Below are positions 46,561 through 55,078 of a DNA stretch of 64,000 nucleotides, one piece after another. Numbering within the stretch: position 1 is the first letter of the stretch; each line of letters starts with the position of its first letter. Below the pieces are notes generated by a model, which did no database searches, had not been told where the DNA came from, and worked only from the letters and a program-made list of their open reading frames with translations. The position numbers were made by a program, and so were the translations under genes. The stretch covers positions 1 through 64,000 of the IMG/VR virus record IMGVR_UViG_3300047476_001538; one strand, 5' to 3'. The stretch comes from an uncultured virus (IMG/VR IMGVR_UViG_3300047476_001538) (Duplodnaviria > Heunggongvirae > Uroviricota > Caudoviricetes).

Positions 46561-46918
46561 ACAAGCACTCACGGCTCAGATATTAGAGAAAATTACTGAA
46601 TACGACGAGTTAGCCGATAAAACCAGCTTTTATGATATATGGATAAATCCACAAAAACATCGTGGGTTTAGGCTAACGAACACTGGTTATTTTATATTCA
46701 GAGACATAATAAAGGTAAGCGGATTTGAGTTCAAATTAAAAAACACAAAAATAGACACGAGAATGCTTTTTGCGCTTGACAAACATCTAAAAATGCCCTA
46801 TTATATAGAGAGTGATAAAAAGATGCCGTGTAAATTGATTTTATTTGGCAGCGATGAAGCCATGATGATGTCTTTGTATAATGATTTACATGACTTTTTG
46901 GAATCATATAGATTATGA
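46541..46918 (+). CDS. Hypothetical protein
   Basis: G.RLT..G, LD.....PYY motifs. Confidence 0.75.
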   Translation: MTKSILKQALTAQILEKITEYDELADKTSFYDIWINPQKHRGFRLTNTGYFIFRDIIKVSGFEFKLKNTKIDTRMLFALDKHLKMPYYIESDKKMPCKLILFGSDEAMMMSLYNDLHDFLESYRL

Positions 46919-47085
46919 TCGTTTGTAGTTGTCGCGTGATATCTACAACCGATTATGAAAATATCGGTGAGTTAATTGACAGAATCATGTCCGATGATGC
47001 GGATTGTGGTAGCTGTCAAGCCGATATTGAAGCCTTACTCAACTATGTTGAGTTTTTAAAACACAATGAGGAAAATAAAAAATGA
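46915..47085 (+). CDS. BFD-like [2Fe-2S] ferredoxin, 56 aa (absent from ORF track)
   Basis: MIVCSC...CGSC; ATGA overlaps at both ends. Confidence 0.7.
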   Translation: MIVCSCRVISTTDYENIGELIDRIMSDDADCGSCQADIEALLNYVEFLKHNEENKK

Positions 47086-47303
47086 AATTTGTAACTATTA
47101 TTGCAGCAATGCTTCTTACTGTTGGTTGTGCGAGCAAGGGCGATCTAGCTGCGCTGAGTGGTCGTGTAGATGCACTTGAAGGTCAACATAAGGTCATTGA
47201 GTCCGAACACGCTGACGTAAAGGCAAATCAAGAATCATTCAAGGCCGAACTTGATGAGCAGAATGCAAAGCTGGATCGTATCTTTGCAAAAGGTCGCAAG
47301 TAA
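47082..47303 (+). CDS. Lpp/OprI-like coiled-coil lipoprotein
   Basis: Signal peptide with lipobox LTVG-C, heptad coiled coil, C-terminal RK. Confidence 0.75.
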   Translation: MKFVTIIAAMLLTVGCASKGDLAALSGRVDALEGQHKVIESEHADVKANQESFKAELDEQNAKLDRIFAKGRK

Positions 47304-47319
47304 AAGCTAAATAGGATAT

Positions 47320-47375
47320 GAGGACTGCTCCATTGCGATTGCGATGGTGAACAGACTGGCCCAGTAGCAGTCCTC
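47320..47375 (+). ncRNA. Candidate branched structured RNA after late promoter
   Basis: CTAAATA at 47307; GAGGACTGCT/AGCAGTCCTC closing stem, internal CCATTGC-gatt-GCGATGG hairpin. Confidence 0.5.
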
Positions 47376-47389
47376 GTTTTATCGTGAAT

Positions 47390-47977
47390 ATGAAAATTTC
47401 AGAAATTGTTAAACCATTAACTGAGGCGATCAACAATCCTTATCCTATAGTCAAGTTACGACCGACTGCTTGGGAAATTCACATCACTGATGACAAAAGC
47501 GACTCAAATAAAATAACCTATACTATAATAGTTAATGTCGCAGTATCTTCCGTAAAGAACTTTAAGATGCTATCTCTGTTATTCCGAGACACTAATTCCG
47601 GAAATATGAATTTAGTCAATCATTTTAAAGGTGCGGGAGCATCTAGAGTATTAGCCTCAATAAAAGAAATAATTTCAAGATATCGTGGAATTGATTTAAT
47701 GGTGTTTATACCTTCAGACACAAACGTGGAAGTAGAAGGAAAAAAGGCTAGACTATACATGATAGTGTTGAATATGCTGAAAAATTCAGGATTCTTCGCA
47801 GAGATCGGTCAAACCTCAATAAACGAAGTTGATGTATGTTACGCTATTCCGAATGGATCACCAATATGGAAAATGAATCAAAAGCAAATCGATGATTTAA
47901 TTTTTGATTTTGGAATAGCTAAACAACAAGGTTCAGTCATTGGACCAAAACAAGACGCTGATAACATTGAATACTGA
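47390..47977 (+). CDS. Putative internal protein
   Basis: MKISEIVKPLTE leader followed by AINNPYP module start. Confidence 0.75.
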   Translation: MKISEIVKPLTEAINNPYPIVKLRPTAWEIHITDDKSDSNKITYTIIVNVAVSSVKNFKMLSLLFRDTNSGNMNLVNHFKGAGASRVLASIKEIISRYRGIDLMVFIPSDTNVEVEGKKARLYMIVLNMLKNSGFFAEIGQTSINEVDVCYAIPNGSPIWKMNQKQIDDLIFDFGIAKQQGSVIGPKQDADNIEY

Positions 47978-48009
47978 TTGGCTTACTCAGCCAGTGTGCG
48001 AAAACGAAT

Positions 48010-48468
48010 ATGAAAATTTTTGAAATAATATTGGATCAAGTGAGCAACACTGCTCTATTTGAGATGGCTTTTGAAAGAAAAAATGCCATCAATGCTGTAA
48101 GAGGCAAAGCAAAGCCTATAGTAGATCATTTAATTTACTTATTGATTTACAAAAACTCAAAAGCAAGAAATCACTGGAAAAGTGAGTTATCAGCATTTAT
48201 TGATAGCATTGATTATTTGTATTTGAAACCTAGCAAAAGAAAACTGTCAGGAAATGATTATTATAATCTTTTGTTTGAAGAACCGTTGGGCGGAGATATA
48301 ATTCAAACTGAAAAACTAATAAATCAGGCTATTAGAAAAGAAGGCAATCCTGATATAAAAGTAAACCCATATATACTCAAGGAATCCCTTGAAAAAATCA
48401 TACATAAATTAAGTTTTGATTTAGCAAACGATCAATACATATCTATAGATGATTATGAGAATTTTTGA
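48010..48468 (+). CDS. DUF29-like protein, paralog 1
   Basis: MKIFEIILDQVSNTALFE leader; HL..L..Y......HW..E. Confidence 0.7.
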   Translation: MKIFEIILDQVSNTALFEMAFERKNAINAVRGKAKPIVDHLIYLLIYKNSKARNHWKSELSAFIDSIDYLYLKPSKRKLSGNDYYNLLFEEPLGGDIIQTEKLINQAIRKEGNPDIKVNPYILKESLEKIIHKLSFDLANDQYISIDDYENF

Positions 48469-48931
48469 AATAATATTGGATCAAGTGAGCAACACTGCTC
48501 TATTTGAGATGGCATTCAAAAAACGAGAGGTCAGAGACAAGTTTGTCAATCAAAGCTATCAAATCGCAGAACATTTAGTGAAAATCTTAGCATATGATGA
48601 TCCGCAAAATTACAATCATTGGTGCGCCGAGATCAACGCTTTCCTAAAACCTCTTTGGGCTCTTCGTTGGGATGGTAAAAAATTACTGAGTAAAGAAGAG
48701 ATAATGAAATGCTTGTGGAAAAGTTTTTTAGAAAACGGAGAATACGATATTCAAGGAATAATCAAGAGTCTTGATATGATTGATGGTTATGCTGCCCCAA
48801 GAAATATTCGCACCACTTCGCAAATAAACTCTACCTTGATAAACATATACACCAAGTTAAGTGACTTATTATCACGAGGCAAAAGAACGCCAATTCAAAC
48901 TATACTACAAGAATTAGGCGTGAATTTATGA
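48455..48931 (+). CDS. DUF29-like protein, paralog 2
   Basis: Leader DNA nearly identical to paralog 1; HLVKI...NHWCAEI. Confidence 0.7.
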   Translation: MRIFEIILDQVSNTALFEMAFKKREVRDKFVNQSYQIAEHLVKILAYDDPQNYNHWCAEINAFLKPLWALRWDGKKLLSKEEIMKCLWKSFLENGEYDIQGIIKSLDMIDGYAAPRNIRTTSQINSTLINIYTKLSDLLSRGKRTPIQTILQELGVNL

Positions 48932-49413
48932 GAATTTCCGAAGTTATCCTTGACAAATTAAACGAAACTGCTCTATTTGAGATGGCTTTTGATAGGAAAG
49001 AAGCCATAAAAAAGTTTCAGAATCTTGACTACCAGATTCAAAGACATCTTATTAAAATAACAGCGTTCAAAGATGGGTTAAATTACCAACATCATTGTGG
49101 AGAAATCAACGGTTGGTTAGATCATCTAAATGATGTAAAATGGAACAGAACTCAATATCTTAGCAAATATATCATCATGAAATGCTTATGGGAGGGTCCA
49201 TTGGGTCATGGTGCTATTGCTGTTGAAGATGGCGTGAAAACTCTGATCAGAGTACATCGGTACAGTGTGCCGCGAAACGACTTATCCATTCACAGAATAT
49301 ATGAACTGCTATTCAAAATTTACGATGAAATGTCATTTGATTTGAGTAATGGAAACGTAAACAACATTCAGCATTACTTGACAAAAAACGGCTATTACGT
49401 ACAGAATCCCTGA
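48928..49413 (+). CDS. DUF29-like protein, paralog 3
   Basis: MRISEVILDKLNETALFE leader; HLIKI...HHCGEI. Confidence 0.7.
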   Translation: MRISEVILDKLNETALFEMAFDRKEAIKKFQNLDYQIQRHLIKITAFKDGLNYQHHCGEINGWLDHLNDVKWNRTQYLSKYIIMKCLWEGPLGHGAIAVEDGVKTLIRVHRYSVPRNDLSIHRIYELLFKIYDEMSFDLSNGNVNNIQHYLTKNGYYVQNP

Positions 49414-49461
49414 CAAACTTTCACTATCCTTTGGTAAATACAGTATTACTCAGAGGATAAT

Positions 49462-49575
49462 ATGGAAAAAACTGTAACCGTTATTTTAAAAACTACTTTG
49501 TCAATATTTCTTTTATCGCTTGCTTTTTCTGTTGGGTGGTTTCTGAATCAAGTGATGAAAAATATTATTACGTAA
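49462..49575 (+). CDS. 37-aa membrane peptide (absent from ORF track)
   Basis: GTAAATA promoter, GAGG RBS, hydrophobic helix. Confidence 0.5.
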   Translation: MEKTVTVILKTTLSIFLLSLAFSVGWFLNQVMKNIIT

Positions 49576-49621
49576 GCGACGTGTGATAAATAAAAGAGTA
49601 GGAAGGCAACACCCGACTAGC

Positions 49622-49701
49622 CTATCAAAAAGTATACTGTCTACTGGCGTATGAGACAACACTGCTCATAATAAAGGTCCAAACAGTATACTTTTTGATA
49701 G
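49622..49701. repeat. Perfect 19-bp inverted repeat enclosing a 42-nt structured loop
   Basis: CTATCAAAAAGTATACTGT / ACAGTATACTTTTTGATAG; inner TATGAG/CTCATA hairpin. Confidence 0.85.
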
Positions 49702-49727
49702 ACGAGAAAGGATTTGAATTAAACAAT

Positions 49728-50050
49728 GGTTGTATATCTTTCAAAGTGAAGGCATTGCGGACGGCGGTTCGATCCCGCCCATTTCCAAAAATTTCTCTTC
49801 AAGATCATTCGACTGAGTGATCTTGTGGGGAATGACATGGTTTCGACGTGGTGAGATAGTGGAGAAGGCAACCCGAGAGATGTCTGACGTAATCAGCATA
49901 AACATTATAGATGCTAAATCTACAAAAACTTCTGGAACTGTTACTGTATCTGGTAAGGGCATGAAATTTTCTGCTCGCACCGCTGTACGTGGAGTTGCGC
50001 TAGCCTAAGAAACTGGCACCAGCGGAGTTGATCACTCTGTTACAAGAACG
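49728..50050 (+). ncRNA. ssrA: Circularly permuted (two-piece) tmRNA
   Basis: T-arm GGCGG-TTCGATC-CCGCC + CATTTCC-A (ends 49787) precedes GGGAATG-ACATGGTTTCGAC (starts 49828); acceptor stem has G3.U70; tag frame 49913-50008. Confidence 0.9.
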
Positions 50051-50053
50051 ATT

Positions 50054-50083
50054 AAGAAAGCCCCTTTATTGGGGCTTTTCTTT
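50054..50083 (+). terminator. Intrinsic terminator after tmRNA
   Basis: AAAGCCCC-tttatt-GGGGCTTT TCTTT. Confidence 0.85.
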
Positions 50084-50145
50084 GCTTGACATTCAGCAAA
50101 CATTGTGTTATCATATATTTTTTAATTACGCTTTAGGAGGATCAT

Positions 50146-51027
50146 ATGGGATCTTACACTAAGTTGTTGGCTAAACACATCAATCCGCCCCACTGGCTCG
50201 AAGACAATGTGATGTTCGAGGGCCTAACTGGTTCAGTTGCTTATGCTGTATCTAATGATATGTCAGATATGGATATTGTCGGATTTTGTATTCCGCCTAA
50301 AGAAATTGTATTCCCTCATTTAGGCGGAGAGATACCAGGGTTCGGTACACCTAAACCACGCTTTGATGACTTTCAAAAGCATCACATCAAACACGATCAA
50401 CGTGAATATGATATTACCATTTACTCAATTGTAAAGTTTTTTCAATTGGTAATGGAGAACAATCCTAATATGGTTGATGCTTTGTTCTTACCAAGGCGTT
50501 GTGTATTACACAGTACTCAGATTTATGAACATGTTCGGGATCACAGGAGTATGTTCTTGCACAAAGGATCATGGTACAAATTTAGAGGCTATGCTTACAG
50601 CCAATTAAGTAAGATTAGAACTAAAAGCAACGCTTCTAATCCCAAGCGACAGGCTTCTATCGAAAAGTACGGCTACGATGTTAAATTTGCTTATCACATC
50701 GTTAGGTTGATGCTAGAAGTCGAACAAATTTTAGCTGAACACGATCTTGACCTACAACGTAACTCTGATATTCTAAAAACTATTAGAAACGGAGAATGGA
50801 CTTTTGAAAATATTGAATCTTGGTTTGATAACAAAGAAAAGTCACTTGAGATGTTGTATGCTAATTCAACATTGCCCGCTAGACCAAATGAATCTAAAAT
50901 TAAATCACTGCTAATGGAGTGTTTAGAGATGCATTATGGATCACTTGAGACCGTTATTCAAGTGTCTCCGCAAATGTCAAATTTAGTTGATGAATTAAAA
51001 CGATTAACAGAGAAATATAATAGGTAG
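50146..51027 (+). CDS. RlaP-like nucleotidyltransferase (RNA repair Pol-beta family)
   Basis: GSVAYA...SDMD, NNPNM, GYAYSQ, YDVKFAYHIVRL. Confidence 0.85.
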   Translation: MGSYTKLLAKHINPPHWLEDNVMFEGLTGSVAYAVSNDMSDMDIVGFCIPPKEIVFPHLGGEIPGFGTPKPRFDDFQKHHIKHDQREYDITIYSIVKFFQLVMENNPNMVDALFLPRRCVLHSTQIYEHVRDHRSMFLHKGSWYKFRGYAYSQLSKIRTKSNASNPKRQASIEKYGYDVKFAYHIVRLMLEVEQILAEHDLDLQRNSDILKTIRNGEWTFENIESWFDNKEKSLEMLYANSTLPARPNESKIKSLLMECLEMHYGSLETVIQVSPQMSNLVDELKRLTEKYNR

Positions 51028-51033
51028 TGCAAT

Positions 51034-51450
51034 ATGAAACTATTCTTAGATTGCGAATTTAATGAGTTCAAAGGTGAATTGATATCTATGGCTCTGGTGG
51101 CCGAAGATGGTCAAGAGTTCTACGAGGTGTTAGCTTGTCCTTCTCCTGGTCCCTGGGTCAAGGAACACGTTATTCCTATTTTAAATAGAAACCCAGTAAC
51201 TTTTGACATATTCCAATGGTTGTTGCAGGAATTTCTAATGCGATTTGATAGAATTCATATCGTTGCTGATTGGCCAGAAGACATCAAACACTTTTGCGAT
51301 TCACTGATAACTGGACCAGGTGTGCGATTGAATACTCCGCCTCTGACAATGTCAATTCATCGTTTTGATGCTGAATCAACTCTGCCACATAATGCACTAC
51401 ACGATGCCAGAGGCATTATGGAATATTGGTTAAACAACAAGTACAACTAG
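51034..51450 (+). CDS. DEDDh 3'-5' exoribonuclease-like
   Basis: FLDCEF, LISMALV, WV..HVIP, HNAL.DA. Confidence 0.85.
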   Translation: MKLFLDCEFNEFKGELISMALVAEDGQEFYEVLACPSPGPWVKEHVIPILNRNPVTFDIFQWLLQEFLMRFDRIHIVADWPEDIKHFCDSLITGPGVRLNTPPLTMSIHRFDAESTLPHNALHDARGIMEYWLNNKYN

Positions 51451-52016
51451 CGGTAGCCAATCTTCATGAATCTGTCGTAAGGATTGCCCTCAACGTCTTT
51501 TACTTCAAGCTCGCCCACAAATAGTGTCTTAGATAGCGGATACTCATTATTAAAATCAGTTAGTGTTTCTATTCCATTAGACCGTTCTTGATGATTCTTG
51601 CCTTGTAATGCTACAACGGTGCCCGCTGGAATATTCTCAAGCCACTTTGAGCCGAGAATGTCGTTGGTAGATGAATTAATGATAAGAATATTATCGCCTT
51701 GAAATTCAATGTCATTGGCATCTTTGCAAACAGAAACAATATCAGAATAACCTTTTTTCTTGACAAGAGAATCAAAATAAGTTATCTTGCGTTGATTATT
51801 ATCAACACAGATTATTGTATCAAAGGTAATGTCAAACTGATTTATTACAATAGCTGTAGCACCATACCATGAACCAAGTACATAAATATTATCAAACTCA
51901 TTGAGACCCATTGTAACTAGGGTCTGGCTTAGCCACATTTTGGAAATCAATAGATCACGCGATACGGAGCCTTTAGGGGTATCTGGTGATGATTCAATAA
52001 TATCTTTAATTTTCAT
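51447..52016 (-). CDS. SAM-dependent methyltransferase-like protein with internal-protein leader
   Basis: MKIKDIIE leader; SK.WL, VLGSWYG, RFMKIG. Confidence 0.7.
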   Translation of the reverse strand: MKIKDIIESSPDTPKGSVSRDLLISKMWLSQTLVTMGLNEFDNIYVLGSWYGATAIVINQFDITFDTIICVDNNQRKITYFDSLVKKKGYSDIVSVCKDANDIEFQGDNILIINSSTNDILGSKWLENIPAGTVVALQGKNHQERSNGIETLTDFNNEYPLSKTLFVGELEVKDVEGNPYDRFMKIGYR

Positions 52017-52024
52017 GCAAATGA

Positions 52025-52597
52025 TTAGAGAGAAGCTGCCTCTGCTTTGAGTTCATTCAACTGAGCATCATAGGAATCACACCAACGATATACCCAATTC
52101 TTAATCTTAGCAAACACACTTGAGAACATACCTTCTTTGATTGGTTCAATTTTTAGACTGGGTGCTTTTTGTGTGACGGTAACCATTTCCTTCTTTAATC
52201 CTTCGAGAACTGTGATAAGTTCTGGCGTAAGATGATTGGTCAATTTATCAAGAATATCTTTATATTTTGGTGTCACTGTAGGAGCCGGATCCTTGCTCAA
52301 TGTAATGATAAAGCTCACTGTTTCAATCACTCTGGTTCTTATTGCATCTTCAGCATCAAATAGATCAGCCACATCCTCTCTGGATGCTTGTTTTACTTCT
52401 TCTTTTAGTTGCTTTATTTCTGCTTCCAGTTCTTGAATTCGGTTGACACGTTGAGATAACTTAGTAAAAGATTGACTTTTGTAGCTTTTTAGTGAGGCTG
52501 TTACCTTCTTATCATCGCCCGCATATGATACATCTGGGTTATCGGTGATTCTGCCTTCACATAGATTGATTAGTTTTCTAAAATCTGTTGGGTTCAT
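52025..52597 (-). CDS. Coiled-coil putative internal protein
   Basis: MNPTDFRKLINLCE leader; minus-strand CTAAATA at 52624-52630; GAGG RBS. Confidence 0.75.
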   Translation of the reverse strand: MNPTDFRKLINLCEGRITDNPDVSYAGDDKKVTASLKSYKSQSFTKLSQRVNRIQELEAEIKQLKEEVKQASREDVADLFDAEDAIRTRVIETVSFIITLSKDPAPTVTPKYKDILDKLTNHLTPELITVLEGLKKEMVTVTQKAPSLKIEPIKEGMFSSVFAKIKNWVYRWCDSYDAQLNELKAEAASL

Positions 52598-52647
52598 ATT
52601 ATCCTCAATAAATATCGTTTTAGTATTTAGCAGGAATTTTAAAACAC

Positions 52648-53121
52648 ATGATTACTCCATTTAAGCATCCATTAACAAAAGACACACCAACAAGAGAAGA
52701 TTTCTTCAATTTGGTTGACGTTACGTCCGATGACATGAACGAAACTCTTAATCAGATTATGAAATCAAGATCAATAGATCATAGCTGGAAATGCTTTGAC
52801 GGGCCTATTCATGTTTATGCCACAAACAGAAGCACCGATAATTTATTTGTGGGAGCGAGTACAAAAACGATGTTCGTTCCGAATTATGAGGGTTCTCGGT
52901 TATACAATGGCTCTGAATTTGAAATGATTTTAGAAACAGCAGTCATCAATGTTATTTCCGTGAAAGCTATTCGTTGGATCAATCCGTTGTATAAGGATAT
53001 GTTCGTAGAAGAATGTAGAGAAAAGAACATTGATATCAATAAAGCATTTGGTACGTTGACCTATGATACATTTGATCGGTTTAACAGCTTTAAAGAAGCT
53101 GCATTGTTGTTGATGAGGTAA
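52648..53121 (+). CDS. Hypothetical protein (paralog of 42036-42461)
   Basis: AGGA RBS; shared C-terminal motif. Confidence 0.75.
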   Translation: MITPFKHPLTKDTPTREDFFNLVDVTSDDMNETLNQIMKSRSIDHSWKCFDGPIHVYATNRSTDNLFVGASTKTMFVPNYEGSRLYNGSEFEMILETAVINVISVKAIRWINPLYKDMFVEECREKNIDINKAFGTLTYDTFDRFNSFKEAALLLMR

Positions 53122-53125
53122 GGTT

Positions 53126-53821
53126 ATGAATTTTTCCTTCGCATTCGATGTTGACGGCACTTTGACGTTAAGTCGTCAAAAAATTGATTCGGATTTTGCA
53201 GAGTGGTTTCTCAATTGGGTCAAGAAGCATAAGGTATACATTGTTACTGGCAGTGATTATGAAAAAACTGTAGAACAATTGGGACAAGAGATATGTGATT
53301 CGGTGGCTGGTATCTTCAATTGTTCTGGTAATGCTTTTTATATAAAGGGCGAATTACAATCATCCAATGAATTTAAGCTAAACGACAGCCAAATGGAGAT
53401 ATTAAATCGTTATTTGTCTAAGAGTCCATTTCCTCTGAGAACCGGAAATCACTTTGAACAACGACAAGGAATGTGTAATTTTAGCGTGGTTGGAAGAAAT
53501 GCCACCATAGAAGAGCGGCAACAATATTCTGATTATGATGGTCGGGTTGCGGAACGTCAGCGTATTGTTACTCAATTTAAGCATTGTTTTCCTGAGTTGG
53601 ACGCAGTTCTTGGTGGTGATATTAGTATTGATATTTTTCCGAAGGGCAATGATAAGAGTCAAGTTGCTGAAAAATTGAAGCCATTTGTTTATTTTGGTGA
53701 TCGTGTATTTCCGGGTGGAAATGATTACACTATTGCTAAGGAAGCAGAGGCTCATTATAACGTGAAAGATTGGCAAGAAACTCGGAGGATTATAGAATTG
53801 TATTACAATGAGAGCATATGA
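53126..53821 (+). other. HAD-IIB phosphomannomutase-like
   Basis: FDVDGTLT, VTGSD, NFSVVGR, GG.ISIDIFPKG.DK, FGD...GGND. Confidence 0.88.
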
Positions 53822-54341
53822 ATTTCTCAATGAGGTTTTAAATTCCGATGTACCCACAACAACCGATGATGATTTAAGAAAATCAATTATTCAAACGTAT
53901 GGTAAGAATATCATCTCTGGGCATACTTCTGTTTGGCAATCTGAAATAATGAAAAAAACCGGCGTGTGGGTTGTGAAAATAATGGATCGCTCTCGGCAGA
54001 TTCAATATCATATTATGTCAGATGATGTTGAAGCAGGAGATGTAAAAACCGCAGATCAAATTGATTCCAAAATAGGATTAGATTGTATGAACATTATTGC
54101 CAAGGATGCCTTGAGTTCCTTGAAAAACGGATATCCTGTGATTATTCTTGCACCAACCGAAGATAAAATAATGTCATATAGTCAAATGGCAAAAATGCTA
54201 TTGAGGTCAAAGAAAAGCGAGTTTAAACTGACCGAGCCATTTACTACATTGGGACTTGATAATATCCAAAGATGGGGCATTAAGATTTTTGAAAACTATA
54301 TTCCTAAATTGTCTGATGTGAAGTATGCACAGAAAAGATAA
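53808..54341 (+). CDS. Putative internal protein; stand-alone copy of a polyvalent-protein module
   Basis: MRAYEFLNE leader; IQYHI...D.KIGLD..NII..DA...PV.I.AP matches ~21310-21790. Confidence 0.8.
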   Translation: MRAYEFLNEVLNSDVPTTTDDDLRKSIIQTYGKNIISGHTSVWQSEIMKKTGVWVVKIMDRSRQIQYHIMSDDVEAGDVKTADQIDSKIGLDCMNIIAKDALSSLKNGYPVIILAPTEDKIMSYSQMAKMLLRSKKSEFKLTEPFTTLGLDNIQRWGIKIFENYIPKLSDVKYAQKR

Positions 54342-54349
54342 ATACAGTA

Positions 54350-54988
54350 ATGAGAGCGCATGAATTTATAAATGAACGTGAGGAACCCATCAGTATTGGA
54401 CCAAAAGGCAAACAAATGGTCGAATACGATGGTCTTGTATTACAAATAAAAGATGATGGTGTTACCGTTACCGTCCATGCTTATCCATCTATAGATGATG
54501 CTCAAAATTATAAAAACACAATGGCGTATGTAGTATTTGATCGTGATCATAATACCTTAATTGCCGATGATCTTGCAGTATATGATCCATACAAAGGACA
54601 AGGCGTTGCGAAAAAAATGTATGATTATATTAAATCCCTTGGATTTCGCATTTTAGCTAGCGATGATCAAACAGCGGCTGGAAAGCATTTTTGGGAGAAG
54701 AATAAAGGCAACGACGGGATTTGGGAATCAGAAGAAGAAATCATCAACGAGCTAACTTTTTTTGGCAGTCAATGTACTAAGGACTGCTCCGGACATCGCT
54801 CTGGCTACCTTTGGTCTCGTCGCAAAAATGCTCAACAGGTTCCACAATCACATAGTCCATCATTTAATAAAGGTGCTGCGATTGGTATTCAACATATGCG
54901 CCAAGGTAGGAACCCAATCGGGGCAAGCGGTATCCGTGGTCAACGTGGTCGCTACAGAAAATTCATTCCGGGAAAAACAGACGAATAA
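54350..54988 (+). CDS. GNAT acetyltransferase-like + basic C-terminal module
   Basis: MRAHEFINE leader; V...YKGQGVAKKMYD...QT.AG..FW; CTKDCSGHRSGY module; ATAAATA at 54338. Confidence 0.75.
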   Translation: MRAHEFINEREEPISIGPKGKQMVEYDGLVLQIKDDGVTVTVHAYPSIDDAQNYKNTMAYVVFDRDHNTLIADDLAVYDPYKGQGVAKKMYDYIKSLGFRILASDDQTAAGKHFWEKNKGNDGIWESEEEIINELTFFGSQCTKDCSGHRSGYLWSRRKNAQQVPQSHSPSFNKGAAIGIQHMRQGRNPIGASGIRGQRGRYRKFIPGKTDE

Positions 54989-55078
54989 TTGCCGATTGCA
55001 TTAACAGTAAACAATCTATTTTCTCAATTTTCACCCACTGTCATAATATTGTAACACTAATAGTGTTAAATAGTTCTT

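Noticed and set aside
49741-50008. ORFs 49817-50008 (+) and 49741-49980 (-) as protein genes
   Set aside because: They overlap the tmRNA; only 49913-50008 is meaningful, as the tag reading frame.
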